Source: Dipteris shenzhenensis (taxonomy: Eukaryota). From it: DNA of 64,000 bases. The position numbers and the translations under genes are program-made. Under the pieces are notes generated by a model. The model was not told the DNA's origin, did not search any database, and was given only the letters and a program-made list of their open reading frames with translations. The stretch lies in NCBI GenBank assembly GCA_047967505.1, contig CM106538.1; one strand, given 5' to 3'. How positions within the stretch are numbered: position 1 is the stretch's first letter; every line of letters begins with the position of its first letter. Below are positions 36,901 to 50,559 of this stretch, in pieces.

Positions 36901-37580
36901 ATCCGTCCTCTTCCTCTTTCTTTGATAGAGGAAAGAAGCTGGTCTTTGCCTCGTCACCCTCCCCGAATGTGGGGATTCTTCGCACACCGGTGCTAGTCTT
37001 GTTCCAGAGGAATTCGTTTTCAGCCTTGGAGGATTTTGGTGATGAGGAGTATGTTCCCTCTACTTTGGTCAGCCAGTGATTGGCATTCCCTTTGACAGAT
37101 CATTACCAGTAGACTCCTTTGGAAAGGAGCTGCTCTCCTAGGGCCCCATTATAGATTCAAGGGTCATTGGAGGTGACTTCAACATGGTTGAGTTGCCTTC
37201 AGACAAGAGAGGGGGCGGAGAGCGAGGCATTCACTCTTTGGACAGAGCAACATGGGATGCCTTCTTGTTTCGTTTCAGTGGCAGAGATGCTTGGTTTGAT
37301 GATGCTTTTCATAGTCAGCCTCAGTCTCTCTAGATTTCGTGGTCAAACAGGAGACAGAAGATGCCTATTCATGCATGGTTCGGTATGCATTGCCACATTG
37401 GTTTCTACTTCAGATCACTTTCTAGTGATTTTGATGATTTCGGAGTCTCATGCTAGAGGACGATCTACTAGTATTAGGATTCTAGAGGCCTTCTATGCAG
37501 AGGAGGACCTTACCGAGGTAGTTATGCAGATCTGGGTTTCACATATTCAAGGTGGAGTGCCATCTCCTTCACTTATGGCT

Positions 37581-38100
37581 ACAGCACTAATTGATATTAG
37601 TGACTTTTATCACTCGGTCACTGTTAACAGGAGATGGGAGATCCTAAGGTGTGAGGTTGGTATTTGCAAGCAGTTGGCAGCCTTGCAAAGGGAAGAGTAG
37701 AAACGGCTACGGATGCTTGAATTCAAGAGCGCCTTTCTACAGCCAAGGGCTCGACAATAGATATTAGCAGAGTATGCCTTTCATGCTTGTGAGTCATTCT
37801 GGACCCAAATGGGGGGTAGAGTCGATAAACACTTACAACACTAACTGATATTAGTGACTTTTATCACTAGGTTGCTGTTAACAGGAGATGGGAGATCCTA
37901 AGGTGTGAGGTTGGTATTCGCAAGCAGTTGGCAGCCTTGCAGAGGAAAGAGTAGAAACGGCCTACGGATGCTTGAATTCAAGAGCGCCTTTCTACGGCCA
38001 AGGGCTCGACAATAGATGTTGCTTGATCAGAGAGCAGATATGCCTTTCATGCCTGTGAGTCATTCTAGACCCAGATGGGGGGTAGAGTCGATAAACACTT
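37581..38100. repeat. Tandem duplication of about 255-265 bp inside the L1
   Basis: Copy 1 at 37581-37834 and copy 2 at 37835-38100, both aca.cactaa.tgatattagtgacttttatcact...gtagagtcgataaacactt. Confidence 0.92.
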
Positions 38101-38694
38101 TTTCTCTACTCTTGGCCTTAGACATAGTAGAGAGTGTCTTGTAGCTTATTGACTCAGGTTGGGTTTCACAGACACAGCCAGATACCATCCTGCGCATAGC
38201 TATATATTTTTATGCCTCCCTACTCACAACAGAACCTAACACTCAGGTTAGAGATGATGCTAGACATGCTATTTGGCAAAGCATTCGTGTGTTGGTGAAA
38301 CTTGACATGCGAGTTTCACTGGATGCGCCTTTAACCAATACCGAGTTCAGGACTGCACTATTGGCCCTTCCCAAGGGCAAGTGCCTAGGTTCAGACGGAC
38401 TTTTCTCCACCTTCTTTATCACATTTTGGGATATGATTGGGGATCACATTACCTAAACCGTGTAGGGGTGTGGGACTCGGGTAAGGTGCCTGGCTCACTT
38501 ACAGATGGTGTCATTCATCTCGTTCCAAAGGGGGGTAACAGAAATTTAGTGTCCCAGTGGAGGCCTATCACTCTCTTGGGCACTTGCTATAAGATCCTGG
38601 CCAAAGCAATTAGCTTGCACTGGTAGCCCACACTTCAGATTTTATTCATGATATGCAGAGTGGTTTTGATAATATTTTCTCATTTTGGGAAGCA

Positions 38695-39387
38695 TTAATG
38701 TTATACATGTATGTTCATAGGATATACATTTATGTTTCAAAAAAAACAGTTATATCTGCAGGTCTTCACATCTTAAGTCATCTAGATGATAATTCGCAAC
38801 TGACTCAGTTTGAGTCTGAGTCAATCGCATAATAGATGGATCCCTTGAAGTGGCATTCTTGATTGAAGTTCTGGCAATCTGAATTTTGAGAGGGAGGATG
38901 GAGAGGTACAAGGAGGATGGGAAGGTGAAAGAGGATGGATAGGTAGAAGGAGTCAGAGGAGGATGAGAGGTGGAAGGAGGATGGAGAGGTAAGAGAGGAG
39001 AGGTAGTGGAGGGATGGAGAGCTGAGAGCAGGCTGAGGATGGAGAGCAGCTGCCAGCCTGCAGGATGGAGAGCAGGTTGCAGCTTCTAGGGTGGAGAGTA
39101 GCCTGCAGGATGGAGGGATGGAGATGAGAGCAGGCTGCGGGTTCCAGGGTCTAGGAATCAAAGATGGAGAGGCTGAAGAGCAGCAGTACAGAGCAGCAGT
39201 ACGAGAGGCGGCAGAAATGGAGGACAGGAGGCGATGAATCGGCAAAAAACAGTTTAATCAAAAGATGGCCACACAACAACAACAACAAAAAGTGATTACG
39301 AAATGGCGTTTCGTTTCTAGAAGAAACATTGTTTGCATTTCTGCGTTTCCGTTTCCAGGCCAGAAATGGCCGTTTCTGGTAGCTATG
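38695..39387. mobile_element. Non-coding insertion splitting the L1 RT; right end resembles a DNA-transposon terminus with CGTTTC subterminal repeats
   Basis: L1 stops at FWEA (38694) and resumes at ILILDIEKAYD (39388). Insert has GGA-rich repeats and several cgtttc motifs at 39306-39376, ending ggtagctatg. No matching left terminus seen. Confidence 0.55.
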
Positions 39388-42177
39388 CATTCTAATCTTG
39401 GATATTGAGAAAGCTTATGACAGAGTAGATTGGGGTTTTTTGGAGGGCACCCTTTTTCGTTTTGGTATTACAAATGTATGGATAAGAGGGGTTGCCTCCT
39501 TATATAGATCAGCCCACAGCCAGGTGCTTAATGGTGGAGCAAGGGGAAGAGCTTTCAGATTTCTAGATCAGTCCGCCAGGGATGCCCTCTTGCCCCCTTT
39601 CTCTATTTGTTCGTGGCTGAAGCTATGAGTATCCACATTAGATCTCGAGCGATCCCTCTCCACTGACACTCACATCTTTCAGGACAGCCTTGGATTTTTT
39701 TAACACAGCTGTGGGTGCACATATCAACTGGCACAAATCCAATGGCTTTTGGATTAGTGACGAGGACACTTTGGATTGGAGTAGCGACATTGGATTTACT
39801 TGGATTTAGAGGGGTGTCTCTGTAAGATATTTGGGTTGCCAGGTCGGTTTGGGCACCTCTCCATCACAGCAATTTTCTCTGGTGTTGGAGAGCATAAGGA
39901 GAAAGCTTCTCTTCTGGGGCTCTACCTACCTTGATCTTTCGTCCAGAGTAGTCGTGGTTAGCCAGGTCCTATTAGCCATTGCTTGGTTTGCTTGCTCTTG
40001 CTGGTGCCGTTCCAGGGATTGTATCACTCAATTGAGGAGACCGATTAGGAACTTCTATGGTGTGGACAGCACACAGGATGTTACAGCCAGGGTGGTGTGG
40101 GAGACTTTGTTCTTCCCCACTTCGGAAGGGGCTCTTAATATTATAGACCCTGATTTGTGGTGCAGGGTCTTGCTCTGTAAGATGGTTGTGAGGGGACTTA
40201 TGCCTAGGCAGGAGCCTTGGAAGTATTTCTTTATTCATAGCAAACAGTCTTGCACACATTCGTCAAAAGGAGACTGGATGGGTAGTATCAGATGGATCTT
40301 CACTTCAACCCGTCTCAGATTGCCTTACTCCCCTCTCATGGCTGCAATCTTGAAAGCATGGGCCAGCTTCAGGAGTACTCTTCAAAGGATTTCCCCCGTC
40401 CTCTTGTGAAGAGATCGATGTCATGTGGAATGGTTATATTTTGGACGAGCATGGCAAGCCACTTGGTGCTTCACATTACATGCAATGGTCTAGTTGGGAG
40501 AGGGGACCTACCTCCACTGTCGGATCCTAGAAAGCTCTTTTAAAAAGGTTCCAGATTGCCAAGATTCTCAGTTCTTTTGCCTCTTCCCCTTTCTTCATGA
40601 CTTGGGGGTCAGTTGTGCTTGGCTTTCTCTTTCGCGGCCTCAAGTCTTTTTTGAGAGACATGACTCATCATGGGCCTTGGCGATCAAACAACACTTGATT
40701 GAGTCATAATCTTTGGATGATATTCCAACTGTACCCTTTAGGAATGTGCATGCTTCTATGGACACCTCCCGGGAGATCCTGGCGAGCATTTTAATGTAGC
40801 ATTCTTGGAGAGCCAGAAGCACAGAGGCTTTGGATGGGACTCAGGTTCACCCTGCTTGCACTCTAGCCAGTATATGGATAGACACTATACATACACTGAT
40901 GGCTACCTGGATGAGTATGCAAGGATCCTCTTGGGCAGCCACTGCTAGGAGGGTTATTTTCATCAGGGAATGGAGGGGCTCCCCCTTCTTCTTTGAGAAT
41001 TCCATAGGGTTGAGATGGCACTCTCAGCCACAACCTTGGTTATTTTCTACCTCATTTTGAGGGTTTGTTTTTCATCGTTATTTTCTACCTCATTTTAAGG
41101 GTTTTTTTTTCATGCACAACAAGATGCTTTTTTTTCATGCACAGCATGATGTCTGTTTTTTGCACAAAAAACCTTAAGATTGCAATAGCGGCAAAGCTCG
41201 GAGTATACAAAAGAATAGGCATCTTCACTTTAATTTGCTTAAAAAATTGACATTCTTAAACTTACATAGCATTACATCAATAACAGAGAGGCTTACAACA
41301 ACTGCACACCACAGTTTGATACGCCAAATCTTGTAGCAACTAAAATATGGCTCCATGAGACAAGTCAACTGGTTCAGATCAAAACACAATTGCCCAGAAG
41401 AGCCTTCATAGCTACACATTCAACATGGGTTGGCATTCCTGAATCTTACCTTCTTGATCTAGAATCAGGGTTTGAAATGGTTCAAACCTGGCTCTGGATC
41501 AAGTGGTGGCTGTATAGTCAACAATTTTGGCACAACCAAAGGAACAAATGTCAACCATGAGCTCAAATTCACTCTTGGGTAGCCAAGGCTAGCACATGAC
41601 CATTGAGAGAGCACACAACGGAAATGAGAATCTGGGATATAAGAATGATAAAAATGGAAGAAGTTCAATAAAGGAGACAAGATCTGTACAGGGAGGCAAC
41701 GAGAGAGAAGCTGCCTTTCGAATGTGAATGGCATAGGTTTTTTAAATAAGGCCAAGAGCAATGCCCATGGTAGAAATACATAATGCATATCATGAAAAAC
41801 AAAATACCACGAGTGGGCAAACAACGTGCTCATCAAGAAGAGCTAGTAAAGCACCAAGGTTGACGGTGGAAATGCCACCTCAAAGCTATGGTGTACTCTG
41901 AGAAAAAAGGGGAGCCACTCCACTCTCTAAGGAAAATAGTCCTCTTGGTAGAGGCCGCTCGGGAAGACCCCTACATGCCCAACCAAATGACCATCAAAGT
42001 GTGTGTAGTGTCTATTGACATACTAGCCTATGTGTGAGAAGGGTGGACCAGGGAGCCATCAAGAACCTTTGTGCATGTGTACCTCCAAATATGCCACATT
42101 GAAATGCTTGCTAAAATCTCCCAAAAAGTATCTAGTGAGGCATACGTAGGTCTGTAAGGAGAAAGGGGCATCATCCA

Positions 42178-42910
42178 TGTTAGATATCAATGCTCCACTC
42201 TCGTGTAACTACGCGGGAACCAGCTAACTCTACTTGTAAGCCCCCCATATGAGGAGAAGGCATTGGAGTAGCTGGGTTATCCGGTAGGTCTTGGTTTGGA
42301 CATCAGATGGGGGCCATGTGTGGCCTAATGGCTGGACGGCTTCAGATAGAGTTGGCACACTGCCAACTAGGCTACATGCAAGTGCGGGAAGGCATCCCAT
42401 GACTGACCACACTGAGGGTAGACGGAGCATTTCTCCGGGCAGCCCACTCTCGAGTTGCGGGGCCCATTTGGAGCCCCAGAGGATCCCGGATGGCTGTGGG
42501 CCGAACGACAACTGTAGGCCAATTGCTCTATTCAGCGCCACGGTTCTATCGCGTGGTCGGTGGCCTATTTCGGGACCGACCTCCAGTCGGCCGGTTTGGG
42601 CGGACTGGGTCGGTCTCCCAATTTAGTCTAACCGACTACGGCTGGTGGCTATATAAGAGCAAGCCCATGAAGCTCATAATCACCACTGGCTACAGCAACC
42701 CTGATTCCTTAGCATCTAGCCTTCGTCCTCTATTGTTTTCAACACGCCATCGAAGCTTCCCACATAGGAGCACACGGCTGGGAGGCAGTGCCATCTATTG
42801 TATCAGTTTTACAGTAATCAAATTTTTGATTCTCCATACTATCTACTTTTCTCTCTTGCATATGAGATCCTGTTATCTGTTGAGCACAGACGTTGTATTG
42901 TTTTCTTACA
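42178..42910 (+). repeat. 5' LTR of the copia element (733 bp)
   Basis: TG...CA termini; TATA-like ctatataag at about 42649-42657; matches 46990-47729. Confidence 0.97.
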
Positions 42911-42980
42911 TGGTATCAGAGCTTGGGCTCTAGGAAGAAGATTTGGTAGTGTGTTTCTGTTTGCGAGTAGATTATGAGAG

Positions 42981-45900
42981 ATGGCCTAGCCCGCAAGACT
43001 GCGAATCCCATCGTTGGGCGAAAGCGGAAAGTTGGACGGCACTGACTATCCACTCTGGAAGTTCAAGATGAAGACCATCCTAAGCGCATACAAGCTTTGG
43101 GATACTGCTACTGGGGTGGACTTGAAGCCGGTTGCGAGACCAAATCCAGCCAATGCATCACAACAGATAGTACCAATTGCGGATGAGATTCTCGCGTGGA
43201 CAAGAAGAAATGCAGATGCACTGTGTTCTATTGTCTGCAGTGAAGTGATTCTGTCATGGCGTTAATTCAACATGTCACCACAGCGGAGGAGGCATGGACG
43301 GTCTTGAAAAATCAGTACGAGACCACGAATCAGACGCAGATTCAAAATCTAGAGACTCAACTCGCGAACGAGAAACTGTCTGAGTCTGAAGCGACAGAGA
43401 AGTTCATCACTAGGGTGAAGAATCTACGCGATCAGATGACTGCGATTGGCATCACCATCACCAGCGAGAATCTAGCACGAAGGTGCATACGGATTCTCCC
43501 ACCAAAGTACGACGGTCTTGTTAGCGCGCAGAACAGAAATCCATCCCTCAACTTTGAGGATTTCAACGCAATGCTTCTGGAGGAGGAGATGCGTCAAAAG
43601 ACAAGGACTGGAAAAGATTCGGCTTTCTATGCTGGATCAAAGAAAGATAAGGGTAAGGACTCTGGTAACCCATCTTCTTTGTGATAAAAAGAGAAAGAAG
43701 AAGATCAAGTGCTTCTATTGCAATAAGGCAGGGCACAAGCAGAATGAGTGCCGGAAGAAGATTATAGATGAGAAGAACGGAGTAAAGAAAGAGTCCAGCA
43801 ACAGCGCACAGGCAGTACCAGTAGAGTTGTTCGTAGCAATTAAGGAGATTTGTATGGAGGCAGTTCATGTACCTGTAGATGAACCTATTGACAGTGGTGC
43901 ATCGCGCCACATGACCAGTCGGAGGGATTTGTATACCTCTCTACATCCAGTAGGGAATAACATCCTGGTAGCAGTCGGCAATGATGCAAAATGTCCAGCA
44001 AAAGGAAAAGGTATGATAGCTCTCAAGTCAGATGGAGCTGTAAAATAGTTGTCCGATGTTCTTTATGTGCCAGATATCAAGAGGAACTTGTCCGTTTCTG
44101 CGATCACGGATCGGGACCTCAAAGTTCACTTCGATAAGAATGGCGCACAGATTTTGAATCTTCAAGGGGAGGTCATTGGTAAAGGTACACGGCACAACAA
44201 CATCTACGAACTCTCAGCTTTTAGTGCTCGAGCTGATGTGAGCAACACTAAGCTGTGGCATGAAAGGTTTGGTCATCTAAACCTTAGTTCTTTAAAGAAG
44301 ATGCATAAAAGTGGAATGATTGCAGACCTACCAGAAATTACAAATCTGCCCGATGTATGTGAAGCTTGCATGATGGGGGCAAGCAGCATCGGTAGCCCTT
44401 TCCTAAAGAGGCCAGCAGGGCAAAGGCTCCTCTAGGGTTCGTTCACACGTAACTCTACAGAAAGATGGAGACGGAAGCTTTGGGTGGTTCCTACTACTTC
44501 ATGACGCTGATCGACGACTACAGTAGAAGGATATGGATATACTTCTTGAAGACTAAAGATGAGGCTCTTAGTAAGTTCAAAGAATGGCATGTAATGGTCG
44601 AGAAAGAAATGGGGAGGAAGGTGAAGAAGTTGAGATCAGACAAAGGTGGAGAGTTCACATCAAGTGAATTCGAAAGTTACTGCAAAAGTCACGGAATTAA
44701 GAGGCAGAAACCCCGGCCACATACAACACAGCAAAATGGAGTAGCAGAGCGCAAGATGCACGTCATCTGCGAAATGGGCAGGAGTATGATGAAAGGGAAA
44801 GATTCGCCAAAGTCTTTCTAGGCTGAAGCATGTAACACGGCAATTTACATTCTGAATCGTAGCTACACGAAGGCTGTGAACGGAATGACTCCACTGCAGG
44901 CCTTTTCTAGTAAGAAACCTTCAGCTGCACATTTTAGAGTTTTTGGATGTGACTGTTTTGTGCATGTCCCTGATGCTAACAGGACCAAATGGGAACCGAA
45001 GAGCCGGAACTGTATTTTCTTGGGCTACAGTGAAGAGGCGAAGGATTACTGTCTCTATAATCCTGTTACCAAGAAGGTAATAGTAAGTTGCGATGTGGTC
45101 TTCTCAAAACAACCGCATCAATTGGAGGAGGATGCTTCCTTCCCAGACAACTAGGACCAGGATATCCATCCAGTACAACCACCAACAGCAGACCGAACTC
45201 CCCCAACGATGCTTGGGAGGATTCAAGATAAAGAAGAGGAAGAAGAGCTTGTAGAACCACAATGGCAACGGCCATTCCTGAAGTGGGTAAAGCAGCTTTT
45301 GGACGGCAGAGAAACTCCAGCCATTGAGGAGGAACCATCCGAACACCGCCGGTCCAAGAGATTAGAGGAGCAAAGAAGGGCGCAGGAACACTTGGTCAAC
45401 TATGCTTTGATGATAGAGGTGATCCGTGCTGAAAAACCCAAGTGTCTTGAAGAGGTACAGGGTGATGATAGGTGGATGGAGGCTATGCAGTCGGAGTATG
45501 GCTCCATAATGAAGAATAACACTTGGGACCTTGTGGATCGACCACCAAAATGCAAGGTCATCGGTACCAAGTGGGTGTACAAGACCAAGTACAAGTCCGA
45601 CGGCACGTTGGATAAGCACAAGGCTCGGCTCGTGGCAAAAGGATTCGCACAGGTACGTGGTTTTGATTATCAGGATACTTTTGCTTCCACAGCTCGACTA
45701 ACCACAATTCGTAGTGTTTTCGCTTTAGCAGCACAAGAAAGTTGGCCCGTGTTTCAGATGGATGTAAAATCTGCCTTTCTGAATAGAGATCTCAAGGAGG
45801 AGGTATACGTGGAACAACCACCAGGTTTTGTGATCTCGGATTCAGAAGGTAAAGTCTGTAAACTGAAGAAGGCACTTTACGGGCTGAAACAGGTCCCACG

Positions 45901-46959
45901 AGCGTGGTACCAGCAGATTGATGCCTACTTTCTGCAAAACGGGTTCAGGAGGAGCCCATCTAATGCAAATTTGTATAACTACAGAGAAGGAGGCATGTGT
46001 ATGATCGTGGTTCTTTACGTGGACGACCTTGTCATAACAGGGAACCATGAAGAGAAGATCTCGCAAACAAAGCATTTGCTAGGAAGAGAGTTTGAAATGA
46101 TAGACCTCGGACTCATGCATTTCTATTTGGGGATTGAAGTTTGGCAAGAGCCAAAACAGATCTTCATCTCACAGCTGAAGTATGTTGGAGAGATACTGAA
46201 GGCATTTGGCATGGCTGAGTGCAAGACAGTTGGCACCCCTATGGAGGTTGACGTGAAGCTCTCAAACGAGGATTCATCACCACTGGTGGACGAAGCGAAG
46301 TACAAAATACTTGTGGGCAGCTTGATTTACTTGTGCAACACGCGGCCCGACATCAGCTTTGCGACTGGTGTACTAAGCAGGTTTTCCAATAAGCCCCGGG
46401 AGAACAATGTTGGAGGGCAGGGATGTGGGTGCTGAAATACATCAAAGGCACACTTGATTATGGCATCACCTATACCAAGGGCAACATCTTGATCGGATTC
46501 TATGACTCGGATTGGGCAGGAGACGTGGATAGCAGGAGATCAGTGACAGGTTACTATTTCTCACTTGGATTTGGAGCTGTGTCATGGGTCAGCAAGAAGC
46601 AACCCACAGTTGCTCTTTCTTCTACTGAGGTTGAGTACAAATCAGCATGTTTTGCTTCTTGTGAGGCAGTGTGGTTGAGGAGGATTTTAGGGGACATGGG
46701 TGCAGAGCAGAACAAGCCAATGCAGTTATCATGTGACAATCAGAGTTGCATGGCGATTGCAAAGAACCCTGTGTTTCAGGCTCGCACAAAACACATTGAG
46801 ATTCAATATCACTTTGTACGCGAGCTCATCATGGATGGAGAGGTCGAGTTGGTGTACTGTTCGACTACAGAGAATGCTGCGGACATCTTCACGAAGGCTC
46901 TTGGAAGAGACTTGCTGGAGAGGCATCTTCATCGACTTGGCATTGGGCCGAAAAAGTAA
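42981..46959 (+). pseudogene. copia gag-pol (gag, zinc knuckle, protease, integrase, RT, RNase H) with stops and frameshifts
   Basis: LDGTDYPLWKFKM; CFYCNKAGHKQNEC; IDSGASRHMT; LWHERFGH..CEACM; IDDYSR, LRSDKGGEF, QQNGVAERK; KARLVAKGF, QMDVKSAFL, LYVDD; DSDWAGD, VALSSTEVEY, KHIEIQYHFVRE, ADIFTKAL. Integrase-before-RT order is diagnostic for copia. Confidence 0.97.
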
Positions 46960-46989
46960 GTTCACTTGCGGGTGGACATTGAGGGGGGG

Positions 46990-47729
46990 TGTTAGATATC
47001 AATGCTCCACTCTTGTGTGTAACTACGCGTGTGTAACTACGCGAGAACCAGCTAACTCTACTTGTAAGCCCCCCATATGAGGAGAAGGCATTTGAGTAGC
47101 TCGGTTATCCGGTAGGTCCTGGTTTGGACTCTAGATGGGGGCCATGTGTGGCCTGATGGCTGGATGGCTTCAAATAGAGTTGGCACACTGCCAACTAGGC
47201 TACATGCAAGTGCGGGAAGGCATCCCATGACTGACCGCACTGAAGGTAGATGGAGCATTTCTCAGGGCAGCCCACTCTCGGGTTGCGAGGCCCGTTTGGA
47301 GCCCCAGATGATCCCGGTTGGCTGTGGGCCGAACGACAACTGTAGGCCAATTGCTCTATTCAGCGCCACAGTTCTATCGCGTGGTCGGTGGCCTCCGACC
47401 TCCAGTTGGCTGGTTTGGGCGGACTGGGTCGGTCTCCCAATTGAGTCTAACCGATTATGACTGGTGGCTATCTAAGAGTAAGCCCGTGAAGCCCATAATC
47501 ACCACTGGCTATAGCAACCCTGATTCCTTAGCATCCAGCCTCCGTCCTCTAGTGTTTCCAGCACGCCATCGAAGCTTCTCACACAGGAGCATATGGCTGG
47601 GAGGCAGCGCCATCTATTGTATCAGTTTTACAGTAATCAAATTTTTGATTCTCCATACTATCTACTTTTCTCTCTTGCATATGAGATCTTGTTATCTGTT
47701 GAGCACAGACGTTGTATTGTTTTCTTACA
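46990..47729 (+). repeat. 3' LTR of the copia element (740 bp)
   Basis: Follows the PPT; carries a short duplication (gtgtaactacgc) and a small deletion relative to the 5' LTR. Confidence 0.97.
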
Positions 47730-50559
47730 ATCCAAACTCAACTAAGTGTCGTCAAATCAAAAGAGTCCAACACGAGTCATGCCTATCATAAAGATCTAAG
47801 GCCCTGAAAAGGAGAGCCAAGCATCGGGACACATGTCATGAAGAAGGGGGAGCGAAAAAAGGTACTCATAAGTCTAGCAACCCCCTTCCAAGATTAACCC
47901 ACCTATATGCAATCTCATAAGTGGAAAGGCAACAAGTGTACGTAGGGTTGATCCAAACCTAGACGTCCATAGGTTCACTGCAATCCCTCCATGATAAAAA
48001 GCCAAAAGAAATAGTGAATTTTCTATTCTTGAGGGACTTCTAGAGTCTTCTCCAAAAAGATTTGTGCAACACTGTAGAAATCTAAATTCTCCTGACAATG
48101 AGGAGCTTTTTCAACCCCCTAAGATTGAGCTGAAATGTCTTGGCATTGTTAACCATGTAGCAAAAGAAAGGGAGGCTCTTCTCATGGTTCCCTCCATCAA
48201 ACCACTCCCACTCTCACTCCCTAGGGTCCTACTGCAAATACTTTATGGGGACACATCCATAAAGCCAAATCCTCCATGAATCCAAGGAAATGAGATCGGG
48301 TTTTGGCCTAGCCACCAAGCTAAAGTCAAGAAACACTACTCCACATGATCCAAAACCCTAGACTGAACATAAAAATGAAAGCATCCCCATTTGAACCTCA
48401 TTAAAGCCCTATGATCTGGAGTGGGATATTTGATCTCGTAAAACCCCAAAGCCATGTAGAGCAATCATAAGGCCTGCCATTTGTGAAAACCCAATTGAAG
48501 GGTAGGGCTGCCTCAATATGCTCAATTCTCCTTTCACATCCTTTACCAACTCAAGCTTATGATCATCCGAAAGGTTTTTGAAATCATTCCAAGAACCCAA
48601 GAGGAAGCGGCTCCTCTCTTCCATATACAATGTAACCAGAGTGCCAAGAGGTTTGCCATGATCATCAAGTATGTTGTCAATCCACATAAAAGATTGCCTA
48701 TCAATCTCTTTTTAAGAGGAGAGATGTATTCTTCGAAGTTTTAAGAATGGCAACCATAAGAGGGGAGGAAGAAACCCTAAGATGCGCTAGTTTTGACCAT
48801 CCAATCCCCACCCAAGAAGGGAGAGCAAGAGGGTATGTAATGAAGGAAGAAATCTTTTGAAGGCCCTTGTCTTCGCAAAAGCCCCCTGACCACAACCTTG
48901 CAAAGCATGGCGCTACACTATGAATCTAGTTCAATGATATTGATGCTCCTTTCTTCGATGGTGGGAAGAATCAAAGTCTCCCATGGCTTTGGTATCTATT
49001 GAACCATTAAGCCTACTCTAGAAGAAATTAACTATCAGCCTTTTGAGCTAAAAGATGCATTCTCTAGATTGGCACCAACAAAGAACTGAACCAGGCCGTG
49101 GCGTGCAATACTTCAAGGTTAACAACTACCATTGAGAGGTCACGTCTAGTTGAGATCTAAAGGAGGAGTTTTCTCATGATACTCTCCAACACAGAGCAAA
49201 CTTCTGCAAAGGAGAGACACCAACGCTGACTTGGCAACCCAAATACCTGACAAAGACACCTCTCTAAATCCAAGTGAAACAAAAATCAGTTCCCCAATCT
49301 CGGGCATCCTTGTTGCTAATCCAAAATCCATTCGATTTATTTTCCAATTGATATGTGCACCTATTGTAGAACAGATTAGATCCATGGCTGCCCTAAAAGA
49401 TCGAAGAGTCTGGGGAGTGGCATCCAAAAAATAGTAGTGTCATCAGTAAGTCAGTGCTCATCATCTAAGGCCTCCTAAGGGGAAGTCTCAGCCCAAAAAT
49501 GTCAGCCTGAGATCTCATAAAGACGCTTATGGATTCAACCACGAAGAAATACAGGGAAGTGGCAAGAGGGCATCCCTAGCAGACTGATCTGAAAATCTGA
49601 AATCTCTCCCCTCTATCCCCTCTGCTAAGCACCCGGTTGTGCTGATCTATACAATGAGGAGACCCCTCTGATCCAATTATTAGAAAAGCCAAAGTGTAGA
49701 AGGGTACCCTCCAAGAAACCCCAATCCACTCTGTCATAGGATTTCTCAAAATCCGAGAGTAGAATGGCAAACCCCTGACCACTTTGCATAGCCCAATCCG
49801 AAGCTTCCCAAAAGGTAATTTATTTATAAAAAGTGCTTCAGCCATGCATAAAACCTATCTGCGTATTATGAATAAGATCTAGAAGAAAAGGTTGCAATTG
49901 CAAACTGATATTTTTTTGCCAAGATCTTATAGAAAGTTCCCAAAGGAATGATTGGCCTATATTAAGAAACCAAATTTCTGCACCCCCCCTTTGGGATAAG
50001 ATGAATGAGACCCTTTGTAAGTAAATTAGGGACAACATCAGAGTCCCAAACGCTGAGGTAACATGATCCCCAATCATGTCCCAAAAAAAATGGAGGAATG
50101 TGTCAACCTATTTGAGCCTCGACACTTGCCCTTGTGAAGGGGAAAAATTATGGTCCTAAATTCTAGATTGGTAAAAGGTGCATCAAGTTAACTCATATCT
50201 GGTTTCACCAATTTTGGAATAGCATGCTAAACCCTATGTCTTAGCAGGCATGTCAGGATATGCAGAAAGAAGGGAGATGTAAAAATTAGAAACAATACAT
50301 AAGATGACATCAAGCTATGACTGTAAAACCTTGTTAGAGTCGATAAGTTGAGAAACACTTTTTCTACCATGTCTCGGGCCAAGAGTATAGAAGGATTGTT
50401 TATTCAATCTTCTTCCCATTTGAGCCCAAAATGACTCACGTACATGAAAGGCATACTCTTCTCGGTGATCCAAAAGAAGGTTTTGTTATAAAGAGAATGA
50501 TAGTGGCGGGGAATTGTTGTACAGAGATCATGTAGGACCAGCTATGTCTAGTCATTTAG

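Larger units (their letters stand above)
36300..41170 (+). mobile_element. Decayed long L1 (second family): ORF1 knuckle remnant, endonuclease remnant, RT and 3' end
   Basis: RICRTYGQFARDCP (36375-36417), IGGDFNMVE (37165-37192), HLVPKGG..QWRPITLLGTCYKILAKA, DIEKAYDRVDWGFLEG, ORFs 39831..40409 and 40830..41060; A-run at 41166-41171. Confidence 0.88.
42178..47729 (+). mobile_element. Structurally complete Ty1/copia LTR retrotransposon (5552 bp)
   Basis: LTRs 42178-42910 and 46990-47729 (TGTTAG...TTACA), PBS TGGTATCAGAGC 42911-42922, PPT GAGGGGGGG 46981-46989, TSD ATCCA at 42173-42177 and 47730-47734. Confidence 0.98.

Noticed and set aside
42230-42933. ORFs in the copia LTRs (42291..42626, 42490..42933, 47146..47460, 47318..47791)
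   Set aside because: They recur only because the LTR is duplicated; no recognisable motifs, and several start at non-ATG codons.
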